Assembly (NCBI GenBank): GCA_963693055.1
Contig: OY843751.1
Location: 768,001 to 832,000, forward strand
Reading direction: 5' to 3'
Origin: a bacterium
GTDB lineage: Bacteria > Zhuqueibacterota > Zhuqueibacteria > Residuimicrobiales > Krinioviventaceae
DNA length: 64,000 nt
The position numbers and the translations under genes were made by a program. Each line of letters starts with the position of its first letter. Within the stretch, counting starts at the first letter, position 1. Under the pieces are notes generated by a model. It made no database searches. It was not told the DNA's origin and worked only from the letters and a program-made list of their open reading frames with translations. Positions 1 to 9,592 of the stretch are shown piece after piece.

Positions 1-3000
1 TCCGTGGATTGTTTAAACCGTCACAGATCCCGGAATCTGATGCTGAAGTTGTGCGCAGAAGGCAACATGCATTCGGCTATACGGATGAAGAATTAAAGAT
101 GATCATTAGTCCCATGGCTTCTCGTGGTCAGGAAGCAATTGGTTCTATGGGTAATGATGCTCCGCTGGCAGTGCTGTCTGATAGACCCCAACTGTTATTT
201 AATTATTTTAAACAATTGTTTGCTCAGGTGACGAATCCGCCGATTGATCCCTTGCGTGAAGAACTGGTTATGTCTCTTGAAAGTTTTGTGGGTCGTGAAA
301 AGAACTTTTTGGAAGAAACACCAGAGCATTACCGTGGTCTAAAACTGAGCCACCCCATTCTTACTCCTGAAGATATGGCGCTGATCCGTGAATCTGATCA
401 TCCTGATATTGATGCTAGAAACATTGATATTCTATTTTCTATCAAGGGTGGCGGCAAAGCTCTGGAAAAAGCTCTGAATCAGGTTTTTGAAACAGCCAAA
501 AAACATATTGAAGATGGTGCCACCTTGTTGGTATTGACAGACAAGAATATGGATGCGGACCATGCACCTATTCCTGTTCTGCTTGCGGCTTCAGGTTTAC
601 ATCATTTTCTTATTAATAATGGAATACGTAACAGTGCGGGTATTATTGTAGAGACCGGTGAAGTTCGTGAAGTTATGCACTATTGTTTGCAGGTTGCTTT
701 TGGTACAGATGCAATTTGTCCTTACCTGGCTTTTCATACGGTTCGCGAATTGTCCGAATCTAATTTGCTGGAACAGAATGTAACCTCTGAAGAGGCTATG
801 GATAATTACATACAGGCTATTAAGAAAGGTTTCTTGAAAACCCTGAGCCGTATGGGACTGTCAACCTTGCATAGCTTTTTTGGCTCACAAATATTCGAAG
901 CTATTGGTATTCATAAAGATGTGGTTGATAATTATTTCTGTAATACCGCATCGCGAATTGGCGGTGTGAGGTTGGAAGAGATTGCGCTGGAAGTTTATGC
1001 ACGTCATGCCAAGGCTTTTCCACAACACAGAAATCCGGAATCTTTACTTGAACCGGGTGGCAGTTATCATATCCGTATCAATGGCGAAAAACACATGTGG
1101 TCAACTGAAGCTATTTACAAGCTGCAAATGGCTACCCGAAATAATGATTATTCAATTTTTAAAGAATATACAGCCTTGCTGGATGATGCATCCAAGAACC
1201 GCGCTACATTGAGAAGTTTGTTTTCATTTAAAAAAGGCACCCCCATACCAATAGATGAGGTGGAACCGGTAGAAGAAATTACAAAGCGTTTTGTTGGCGC
1301 GGCAATGTCTTTTGGTTCTATCAGTCGTGAAGCACATGAAGCTATTGCAATTGGTATGAATCGTTTGGGCGCAAGAAGCAATTCCGGAGAAGGTGGTGAA
1401 GATCCGGCACGCTATATTCCACTTCCCAATGGAGATTCTAAAAAGTCACGTATTAAACAGTTTGCGTCAGGTCGTTTTGGCGTAACCACTGAATATGCGA
1501 TAAACGCTGACGAACTTCAGATCAAGATTGCCCAGGGCGCAAAGCCGGGTGAAGGTGGTCAGTTACCGGGTCATAAAGTTAGTAAAGATATCGCGCGCGT
1601 GCGTCATACAACTCCCGGCGTAACTTTGATTTCACCGCCGCCGCATCATGATATTTATTCTATTGAAGATATTGCACAATTGATTTATGATATGAAATCA
1701 GTAAATCCCAAGGCACGTGTATCGGTCAAGCTGGTTTCCGAAGTGGGTGTTGGTACCATTGCTTCGGGTGTAGCCAAAGCAAAATCCGATACTGTGTTGA
1801 TATCCGGACATGACGGAGGTACAGGTGCTTCTCCGTTAACATCGATCAAACATGCCGGTCTGCCATGGGAACTTGGACTCGCAGAAACACAGCAGTCCCT
1901 GATATTTAATAAACTTCGTGATCGTATCCGTGTTCAGACTGACGGACAATTAAAAACCGGACGTGATCTTGCAATTGCAGCGTTACTGGGTGCGGAAGAA
2001 TATGGCTTTGGTACCTCAATGCTGATCACCCTGGGTTGTATTATGATGCGTAAATGTCATCTCAATACATGCCCTGTTGGTGTTGCTACCCAAAATGATA
2101 CCCTGCGTTCACGATTTACCGGCAAACCGGATTATGTTGAGCGTTTTCTGCGGTTTATTGCCCAGGAATTGCGTGAACATATGGCCGAGTTGGGTTTCCG
2201 TACCATTGATGAGATGGTAGGACGTGTAGATATGCTCGACTTTCAACCGGCTATTGATCACTGGAAAGCAAAAAATGTTGACCTGACCCCGTTATTACAA
2301 CAGTTTAATACAGATGGACAAAATGTAGCATTGCGTTGCATTCGTCCCCAGGATCCGGATGAAAATGAAGTACTGGATCTGAAACTGATTGAACTGGCAA
2401 AACCGGCTATTGACGATATGAAGCCGGTGGACATTCACCTGCCCGTCCGCAATATTCACCGTACTGTTGGTGCACGTTTGAGCGGTCTGGTTACTGAAAA
2501 GCATGGCGCTAAAGGATTACCCGAAAATACCATCAATATTAAACTGGAAGGTTCGGTTGGCCAGAGCTTTGGTGCATTTTTGGCACCGGGTGTAACCATT
2601 CGTGTTGAAGGTGATGCGAATGATTACCTGGGTAAATCCATGTCTGGCGGTCGTATTGAATTGGTGCCACCAGCCAAAGCAACATTTCAACCTCATAATA
2701 ATGTGATTGTAGGAAATGTGGTTCTTTATGGCGCAACCGGAGGCGAAATTTATATAAATGGTATGGCCGGAGAGCGTTTTGCTGTTAGAAATAGCGGCGC
2801 TCAAGCCGTGGTTGAAGGTGTTGGTGACCATGGTTGTGAATACATGACTGGCGGAACCGTGGTTGTAATTGGTTCAACCGGACACAACTTTGCAGCCGGT
2901 ATGAGCGGTGGTATCGCTTATGTTTATGATGAAAACGAACTCTTTGACACCAAATGTAATCTGGATATGGTTGATCTGGAAAGCGTTTGGCACAAGGAAG

Positions 3001-3212
3001 ATAAAAAAGTATTAAAGAGCATGCTTGAAGCTCATTACAAATATACAAACAGTCCACGGGCAAAAGCTTTACTTGATGACTGGGATACCCATTTACCCCT
3101 GTTTGTTAAAGTTATGCCTATTGATTATCGCAAGGTGTTGGAACGTATGAAACTTGAAGAAGATACAGCCCGAGACACCGTATCTGCTACTGAGGAGGTT
3201 TTCGATGGCTAA
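1..3212 (+). CDS. gltB: Glutamate synthase large subunit (5'-truncated by window edge)
   Basis: FAQVTNPPIDPLREE, QIKIAQGAKPGEGGQLPGHKV, 3Fe-4S motif CIMMRKCHLNTCPVG, C-terminal GXGXG beta-helix; frame open from the window start. Confidence 0.97.
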   Translation, partial: RGLFKPSQIPESDAEVVRRRQHAFGYTDEELKMIISPMASRGQEAIGSMGNDAPLAVLSDRPQLLFNYFKQLFAQVTNPPIDPLREELVMSLESFVGREKNFLEETPEHYRGLKLSHPILTPEDMALIRESDHPDIDARNIDILFSIKGGGKALEKALNQVFETAKKHIEDGATLLVLTDKNMDADHAPIPVLLAASGLHHFLINNGIRNSAGIIVETGEVREVMHYCLQVAFGTDAICPYLAFHTVRELSESNLLEQNVTSEEAMDNYIQAIKKGFLKTLSRMGLSTLHSFFGSQIFEAIGIHKDVVDNYFCNTASRIGGVRLEEIALEVYARHAKAFPQHRNPESLLEPGGSYHIRINGEKHMWSTEAIYKLQMATRNNDYSIFKEYTALLDDASKNRATLRSLFSFKKGTPIPIDEVEPVEEITKRFVGAAMSFGSISREAHEAIAIGMNRLGARSNSGEGGEDPARYIPLPNGDSKKSRIKQFASGRFGVTTEYAINADELQIKIAQGAKPGEGGQLPGHKVSKDIARVRHTTPGVTLISPPPHHDIYSIEDIAQLIYDMKSVNPKARVSVKLVSEVGVGTIASGVAKAKSDTVLISGHDGGTGASPLTSIKHAGLPWELGLAETQQSLIFNKLRDRIRVQTDGQLKTGRDLAIAALLGAEEYGFGTSMLITLGCIMMRKCHLNTCPVGVATQNDTLRSRFTGKPDYVERFLRFIAQELREHMAELGFRTIDEMVGRVDMLDFQPAIDHWKAKNVDLTPLLQQFNTDGQNVALRCIRPQDPDENEVLDLKLIELAKPAIDDMKPVDIHLPVRNIHRTVGARLSGLVTEKHGAKGLPENTINIKLEGSVGQSFGAFLAPGVTIRVEGDANDYLGKSMSGGRIELVPPAKATFQPHNNVIVGNVVLYGATGGEIYINGMAGERFAVRNSGAQAVVEGVGDHGCEYMTGGTVVVIGSTGHNFAAGMSGGIAYVYDENELFDTKCNLDMVDLESVWHKEDKKVLKSMLEAHYKYTNSPRAKALLDDWDTHLPLFVKVMPIDYRKVLERMKLEEDTARDTVSATEEVFDG

Positions 3213-4632
3213 GCCTACAGGGTTTTTAGAATATACACGAGAGGATGCACCCAAAAGATTGGTGCATGAGCGTGTTAAAGATTATCGTGAATTTGAAACC
3301 ATGCTGCCACCGGAAGGCATTCATAATCAGGCGGCACGTTGTATGGATTGTGGTGTACCTTCGTGTCATGCGTTTGGATGTCCTACTCAAAACCGTATAC
3401 CGGATTGGAATGATTTGGTATACCGTGAACAGTGGCAACGGGCATTGGATGTGTTGCATTCTACTGATAATTTTCCGGAATTTACAGGGCGTGTTTGTCC
3501 TGCTCCCTGTGAAGCAGCATGTACGTTGAGTATCAATCAGCCAGCGGTAACCATCCGCCAGATTGAATTGCAGATTATTGAAAGAGGCTGGAAAGAAGGA
3601 TGGGTCATTCCGCAGCCTTCTGAATATAAATCCGGTAAAAAAGTGGCGATTGTAGGTTCTGGTCCTGCCGGTATGGCAGCAGCACAACAGATTGCCCGTA
3701 TGGGACACGAAGCCATTCTTTTTGAAAAATCAGATCGAATTGGTGGGTTGCTGCGTTATGGAATTCCGGATTTCAAGCTTGATAAAGGTATAATTGACCG
3801 TCGTTTAAAGCAACTTGAAGCAGAAGGTGTTATCTTTGAAACCGGCGTTGATGTGGGTGTAGATATTTCCGTACGCTATCTGCAGCGTACTTTTGATGCG
3901 GTTGTGATCACTGCAGGTTCTACTGTTCCTCGTAATCTTGAAGTTACGGGAAGAGACCTGGATGGTGTTTACTATGCAATGCAGTTTTTGACACAACAAA
4001 ATAAATTAAACGCCGGTGATGAAATTCCCGCTGACCAGTTGATCTCTGCCAAAGACAAACATGTACTGGTTATTGGTGGTGGTGATACAGGTTCGGATTG
4101 TATTGGTACCAGTATTCGTCAGGGTGCGCGCCATGTAACCCAGATTGAAATTATGCCCAAACCACCGGTAGAACGCACGGCTGATAATCCCTGGCCGTTG
4201 TGGCCCAACATTCAGCGCACATCCTCTTCTCAGGAAGAAGGCTGTGACAGGGACTGGTCTGTTATGACCAAGGAATTTGTTGGTAAAGATAAAGTGGAAA
4301 AAGTCAAAGCCGTCAAGCTGGAATGGTCAGAACCGGATGCGAATGGCCGACGTAACTTTACTGAAATTGCGGGTTCCGAGTACGAGATCAAGGCTGATCT
4401 GGTATTGCTGGCAATGGGATTTATACATGTTGAGCACGGTCCGTTGGTTACTGATTATGAGCTCAAATGTGATGAACGTAATAATATTATTGTAGACAAG
4501 AACTTTATGACTAATGTACCGGGTGTTTTTGCCGCTGGTGACAGTGTTTTAGGCGCTTCACTGGTAGTACGTGCTCTTCATCAAGGGCGTAAAGCTGCTG
4601 AAGGTGTAGACAAGTATTTGCAAACACTCTAG
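3205..4632 (+). CDS. gltD: Glutamate synthase small subunit
   Basis: RCMDCGVPSC, GRVCPAPCE, GSGPAG and GGGDTGSDC motifs; ATG at 3205 follows GAGGAGG and overlaps the gltB stop. Confidence 0.96.
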   Translation: MAKPTGFLEYTREDAPKRLVHERVKDYREFETMLPPEGIHNQAARCMDCGVPSCHAFGCPTQNRIPDWNDLVYREQWQRALDVLHSTDNFPEFTGRVCPAPCEAACTLSINQPAVTIRQIELQIIERGWKEGWVIPQPSEYKSGKKVAIVGSGPAGMAAAQQIARMGHEAILFEKSDRIGGLLRYGIPDFKLDKGIIDRRLKQLEAEGVIFETGVDVGVDISVRYLQRTFDAVVITAGSTVPRNLEVTGRDLDGVYYAMQFLTQQNKLNAGDEIPADQLISAKDKHVLVIGGGDTGSDCIGTSIRQGARHVTQIEIMPKPPVERTADNPWPLWPNIQRTSSSQEEGCDRDWSVMTKEFVGKDKVEKVKAVKLEWSEPDANGRRNFTEIAGSEYEIKADLVLLAMGFIHVEHGPLVTDYELKCDERNNIIVDKNFMTNVPGVFAAGDSVLGASLVVRALHQGRKAAEGVDKYLQTL

Positions 4633-4655
4633 TCGTTAAAATATACATCAAACAG

Positions 4656-4691
4656 GGCCCCTTTTACATCATGAAAAAGGGGCCTTTTTTT
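4656..4691 (+). terminator. Intrinsic terminator of gltBD
   Basis: GGCCCCTTTT/AAAAGGGGCC stem followed by a T-run. Confidence 0.85.
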
Positions 4692-4806
4692 ATGTGAAAA
4701 TTTAATATTGCATAATATTGAAAAAAATGTAAATTAATATAAATCCGGGTGGTTTATCGGGGACTGGTAATATATTATATCTCTATCTATTTTTAAGGGG
4801 AAAATA

Positions 4807-5748
4807 ATGAAGGAAAAAATATTTTATTTGTATTTGCTGACAATTGTTTTTTTATTAAATGTCTCGGCTAATTACGCGCAGAATAATTACATGGCAGGCT
4901 ATGTGAATAATGCGCGTTCCATTGCAATGGGGCATACTGCTTCAGCCTCATTTTCTGATGCTTTTTCAGGGTATTTGAATCCTGCATCTCTTTCGCAAGC
5001 CCAAGCTATAACATCATCACTGTTTTATACCTCATTTAAAGATGATGAAAGTTTCAAAGGGGCAGGAATCGCCATTCCTGTGCCGGATTTTGGTACATTG
5101 GGGATCAGCTATATTGACAACACCGCACAACTCAATGTAACGTTTGCTGATAATGCCGGATTTGTTTTGGAAGAATATAAAGAACAGCAATTTTTATTGT
5201 CTTATGCCAGATTATTGGGATACAATCTCGCAATCGGTATGAACGTTAAATATATTGCCTGTGATTATCAAAATTATTATGAAAGCAATATGGACTATTC
5301 CGGGATTGATATCAGCCTGCAATATCAACCGGTTATAAGAAATGTTGTGTTTAGAAATACTGCAATTGGTCTTGCTGTAAATAACGCTCTGGAAATTTCG
5401 GCCCCAACTGGGCAAAGTTTATTGAAACATTACAATATTATTGTAGACAAGAAAATGTCATTAGTAAACAATGTTTTATCTTTGATAGCGAATGTTGTTT
5501 TCCATGAGCAATATGTCCATGAAAATCAATATAGCATAGAAATGGTGAAAGAAGTGAGCAAACCCCGGTTTTTCTGGGGTGCCGAGTACAGAATGTCTCA
5601 TTTCTATTTTCGGGCGGGACATGCAATCAGTTCAATAGCAGGAGGGATTGGAATCATGTATAAATCCATAAGATTGGAATATTCTCATGGTCCACTTGCT
5701 ATTGATTCTTTTACGGCGAACAGTTTTTCTGTCAGTTATGGATTTTAG
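4807..5748 (+). CDS. PorV/PorQ-like (UPF0164) outer-membrane beta-barrel protein
   Basis: Signal peptide, ARSIAMG...YLNPASL motif, amphipathic strands, terminal SYGF. Confidence 0.7.
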   Translation: MKEKIFYLYLLTIVFLLNVSANYAQNNYMAGYVNNARSIAMGHTASASFSDAFSGYLNPASLSQAQAITSSLFYTSFKDDESFKGAGIAIPVPDFGTLGISYIDNTAQLNVTFADNAGFVLEEYKEQQFLLSYARLLGYNLAIGMNVKYIACDYQNYYESNMDYSGIDISLQYQPVIRNVVFRNTAIGLAVNNALEISAPTGQSLLKHYNIIVDKKMSLVNNVLSLIANVVFHEQYVHENQYSIEMVKEVSKPRFFWGAEYRMSHFYFRAGHAISSIAGGIGIMYKSIRLEYSHGPLAIDSFTANSFSVSYGF

Positions 5749-5759
5749 TTTATAATTAT

Positions 5760-6827
5760 TTATTCTCCAAATCGTTTGCGTACCGGGGTGCGTTTGTAAT
5801 CTGTGCGGTTTAAATTGACATCCGTACGGGGATCATACGATTCATTGTCCGTATAGATCACATCTCCATTGGGGTTCGTCCAGCGATAGTGCCACTGGTT
5901 CGATCCGGTTTCCACATTGTTTGTAAAGGGATTGACATATTCTTCCTGATCTGTCAGTGTGAGGAACATATCGTTATGGATTTCCGCATTCATTTTCTGT
6001 CGGTGGTCTACAATAGCCTGTTCAATTTTCTGCGTTTCCCGTAAAACCTCTATCATGGTGGCACTGCGCTGTGATTGTCCACGTATTTCACCTTTTAACC
6101 ATTTCGCGTTGAGCTGTACTGAATTTTGTATCAAGCTGAGCAGGGGCTGCCATTGATTGAATTCATCTTCCGGTGCCCTGATTAGCAAGGTTTCCTTGTT
6201 GCCCCACAGACCGGCACCCAGTTGACCCCAGTTTTCGATAATGGTTATGATTTTTTCTCTATATTGGGTACCATTTTCGGTATAGGTCAAAGTTGCCAGG
6301 CATGCATTATAGCTCATGGTGAGTTGCGGCTTGTAGGTTTGCACGTGTTTCAGAAAAGCCTGTTCGAGATCTGGCAGCGGTTTTTGCTCTGTGATATTGT
6401 AATTTGATAATCCGGGATGCGCATAAGGGATTACCTGGTTTTGTATGAATTGCTCGGCAGTCATTACCGGGTAAACACTCATGCCGTTATAATTACTGCC
6501 ATTGGGGAACAATCCCATTTGCCCTGCTGGAGAATAGCGCATGTCGAAATAGAGCATGTCCGGCAGCCAACGGATAATGACCGTGCCTTGATTGTTCTTG
6601 ACAGTGAAATCCACTTTGGCGGCTATGGCGTTACCGGCCCCGCCAATCTGGTTGGGATCGAGTCTAAAGATACCTCCATCCGTTTGCCAGCCCTGTGGTA
6701 CCAGCAAGGTAAAGGCTTTTTCGTTTGGTTCTGTTTTTTGTTGTAACAACAGTGTGTTGTTTGTGGAAGAGAACAAAAGCGTAGGCAGCAGAATCACACT
6801 CGTCAGGAATAGTGAAAAAAAATTCAT
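5760..6827 (-). CDS. Secreted hypothetical protein
   Basis: Long ORF; likely start MNFFSLF at 6827 after GAGGT; hydrophobic signal peptide. Confidence 0.75.
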   Translation of the reverse strand: MNFFSLFLTSVILLPTLLFSSTNNTLLLQQKTEPNEKAFTLLVPQGWQTDGGIFRLDPNQIGGAGNAIAAKVDFTVKNNQGTVIIRWLPDMLYFDMRYSPAGQMGLFPNGSNYNGMSVYPVMTAEQFIQNQVIPYAHPGLSNYNITEQKPLPDLEQAFLKHVQTYKPQLTMSYNACLATLTYTENGTQYREKIITIIENWGQLGAGLWGNKETLLIRAPEDEFNQWQPLLSLIQNSVQLNAKWLKGEIRGQSQRSATMIEVLRETQKIEQAIVDHRQKMNAEIHNDMFLTLTDQEEYVNPFTNNVETGSNQWHYRWTNPNGDVIYTDNESYDPRTDVNLNRTDYKRTPVRKRFGE

Positions 6828-6835
6828 AATACACC

Positions 6836-8344
6836 TCAATTGTTGAGAGGTAATTCAATTTTAAAAGTGCTTCCTTTGTTTAATTCTGATGAAACCGTAA
6901 GGTTCCCCTTGTGCTCCTGTATGATCTGGTAACAGATTGACAGGCCTAACCCCACACCTACCCCAACGCTCCAGTTTGTGAATCCCGGTTCAAAAATATG
7001 AGCTAAATCTTTTTCTTCTATCCCTTTTCCCGTATCTGCTATTTCTATGGTTATATATGAATCATGAACGGCTGTTTTAATTTGTATTTCTCCATTCCCA
7101 TTCATTGCTTTTTTAGCATTATCAAAAAGCTGCCAATAGACCTGGTTCAACTTGGCGGGGTAACAGGCAATTAGTGGGAGGTCTGCATAATCTTTGGTAA
7201 ATTCAAATTGATTGTCTGACCTGGCTGAAAACAATTCTATGGTAGTATCAATACCTTCGTGGATATCAATGCGCTGGCGTTCACCTTCATCAAGCTGGAT
7301 AAAGGATTTCATCTTTTGCACCATATCTCCAACCCTTTTTGCGCCTTCACCGTTTACTCTTACAAGATCGTTCATTACGTTTAATAATTTTTGCAGTTGG
7401 GTAGTTTTTGAATCCGAGTCCGGCTCTGTTAATGTATCTTTGAGTTTATTAATACTGGATGACAGCGTTGAATTTGTACTTTGTACCGCTCCTATGGGAT
7501 TGTTAATTTCGTGCGCGAATCCCGCAATTAAGCGACCCATTGATGCCATTTTTTCGCTTTGAACAAGTTGGGCCTGAGCTTCGTGCAGGTGTCTGGTACG
7601 TTCTTCAACCTTGTGCTCAAGACTGACATTCAGATCGGTAATGGTACTGTATTGATATTGGTTGATTGACAAGTAAAAGATAACAGCGGCAACAACGATT
7701 GATACATCTACAAGGGGCCCGCTTTCAAATCCTGTTAATGGCAAAAGAATACCTAGTACAGGTCCGGACAATAGAATGATAAAAAGTCCGATGGATATTG
7801 ATTTTAAAAACGCTTTATAATGACCATTTGGAGCTTTGATATATGATTTGTATAACAGTAGAATAACAATAAAGACGAAAAACAGGGCTATACTCTCGAT
7901 TGGAAACATCCAGGGAGAGTATTGCATTTCAATAATACCCTCAGGATTTTTATATATTCGGGTTACAAACAAATCAGAAAATCCCAGAATCAGTATACCA
8001 ATTGCAAGTATGGGGGCCAATGATTTAAAGTAAAAACCGAGAGATAGACCTGCAATTTTTTCATCCATGCGATCTATATACCCGGTTAGAACAAAAATAA
8101 AGTATACAATCATAAAGAATTCTAAACTATTCAACAGGATAGCAAATCTTAACCATACCCGATACGTATCAATATTGGTGAGTTGCTGCATGAAAAAGTT
8201 GTTTAAACTTGCGGCAGAAAGCGAAAGCATGAGCAAGCCCAGCGCGGTTTGCATGCGTTTTTGATAATGACGATTGAGCCAGGCCATCAAGGCCAGTATA
8301 AATGTCATAAAGGAGGCAATTACAGATGTATATTCAAGCTGCAT
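6836..8344 (-). CDS. Sensor histidine kinase with multi-TM N-terminal domain
   Basis: About 7 TM helices, QSEKMASMGRLIAGFAHEINNP H-box, DTGKGI and GLGLSI HATPase boxes. Confidence 0.9.
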   Translation of the reverse strand: MQLEYTSVIASFMTFILALMAWLNRHYQKRMQTALGLLMLSLSAASLNNFFMQQLTNIDTYRVWLRFAILLNSLEFFMIVYFIFVLTGYIDRMDEKIAGLSLGFYFKSLAPILAIGILILGFSDLFVTRIYKNPEGIIEMQYSPWMFPIESIALFFVFIVILLLYKSYIKAPNGHYKAFLKSISIGLFIILLSGPVLGILLPLTGFESGPLVDVSIVVAAVIFYLSINQYQYSTITDLNVSLEHKVEERTRHLHEAQAQLVQSEKMASMGRLIAGFAHEINNPIGAVQSTNSTLSSSINKLKDTLTEPDSDSKTTQLQKLLNVMNDLVRVNGEGAKRVGDMVQKMKSFIQLDEGERQRIDIHEGIDTTIELFSARSDNQFEFTKDYADLPLIACYPAKLNQVYWQLFDNAKKAMNGNGEIQIKTAVHDSYITIEIADTGKGIEEKDLAHIFEPGFTNWSVGVGVGLGLSICYQIIQEHKGNLTVSSELNKGSTFKIELPLNN

Positions 8345-8442
8345 AACGACCCGAGTTTAGTTATTAGTAAAATTAGCGTTTTTTTAGGTTTGATGCAATG
8401 GGGAATTTGAATAGAGGGGATTTATATTGAAGATGATATTGT

Positions 8443-8910
8443 TTATTCCTTTTTTAAAGATTTTAAACCGAAACCACTTCCTAAGCCACCAACAAAGGCT
8501 ATGAAAATTTTAATAATGTCTAGTAATAATTCATTGTTTCTTGGCAATAAAAAAATTATAAGAAATAAAAATACAGAGATCCCCAATATCGTATAAACTA
8601 ATACAAACCAACGATTTGAACTTTTTAACTTGTAATCATTTTCGTCATCTCTTTGGGTGTAATCTAAGAATTTATCAATATGTTCTTTCGTAAATTTTTC
8701 AAAAAGAGGGTGCCCTATTCCACTTCCTCTCAAAGATGTTTGCATTAATGACATGCTTATAGAATTCTTTTTATCTTGTGGCATGTCCTCAAATATTTCA
8801 GATAAAACGTCTGGGAAATCTTGGGTTTCTTTTTCTTTAGTCACCTCTGTTGGGTGTTCAGAAGTAGTATTTTTTTGTTTCTTGTCTTTACTATCTAGAT
8901 CATCAGTCAT
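8443..8910 (-). CDS. Small membrane protein, DUF2335-like
   Basis: Charged N-terminus, two C-terminal TM helices; family call tentative. Confidence 0.55.
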   Translation of the reverse strand: MTDDLDSKDKKQKNTTSEHPTEVTKEKETQDFPDVLSEIFEDMPQDKKNSISMSLMQTSLRGSGIGHPLFEKFTKEHIDKFLDYTQRDDENDYKLKSSNRWFVLVYTILGISVFLFLIIFLLPRNNELLLDIIKIFIAFVGGLGSGFGLKSLKKE

Positions 8911-8923
8911 ATTGTATCCTGAA

Positions 8924-9166
8924 TTATTTGTTTAAATTTGATTCGATTTTTTTATCAAATCGTTCAAGTTTTCTTATATACTTTATATTTATTTGTTGTT
9001 CAAATGATGAGATAATAAAAAGTTTAATGAACTGATTAAATGTTTTATCTGAAATAGCATCTTGATGATACAAGTTGAGTAATTTATTTGTAAAATCATG
9101 AGTATTAATGTTATATGATGCCTCTGAATTTAATAATTGATTTATTAACAACGAATAATTGTTCAT
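8924..9166 (-). CDS. Hypothetical protein (80 aa)
   Basis: Open 80-codon frame in very AT-rich DNA, 13 nt upstream of the 155-aa ORF on the same strand. Confidence 0.45.
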   Translation of the reverse strand: MNNYSLLINQLLNSEASYNINTHDFTNKLLNLYHQDAISDKTFNQFIKLFIISSFEQQINIKYIRKLERFDKKIESNLNK

Positions 9167-9371
9167 CTTTATACTCTTAGTTTATATTATGATTATATTA
9201 AGGTTCAAAAAAAATATATGAAAATCAAGCAATTTTTTATTGATAAATAAAAACCATAATTGTTAATTTTATTAAATAATTAATTGGTTTATAACATATT
9301 TTTTCTAATAAATTTTACAAAAGTTCCCGTTTTAGCAAAATATTTCATCTTATTTCCCAAGTTATTATCAA

Positions 9372-9542
9372 TTATTTTAAAACCACCCACAATCCATGGA
9401 TAATGCCCGGAATAAAGAACAAGAGACAGAGCAGGATATTGATAACCAGATCTTTACCCACTCCTTTTTTCATAAATACACCTACAGGTAGAAGGATTAG
9501 TACCAGGATGATCTGTAAGATTTTTTCGGTTTTTTTAGTCAT
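9372..9542 (-). CDS. YqaE/Pmp3 family proteolipid
   Basis: ILLPVGVF...INILLCLLFFIPGIIHGLWVV signature; ATG at 9542 after AGAGG. Confidence 0.88.
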   Translation of the reverse strand: MTKKTEKILQIILVLILLPVGVFMKKGVGKDLVINILLCLLFFIPGIIHGLWVVLK

Positions 9543-9592
9543 TATATATCCTCTGTTTTTTTTATTGTTCTGCAGTTTTGTGTTGTTACAGT

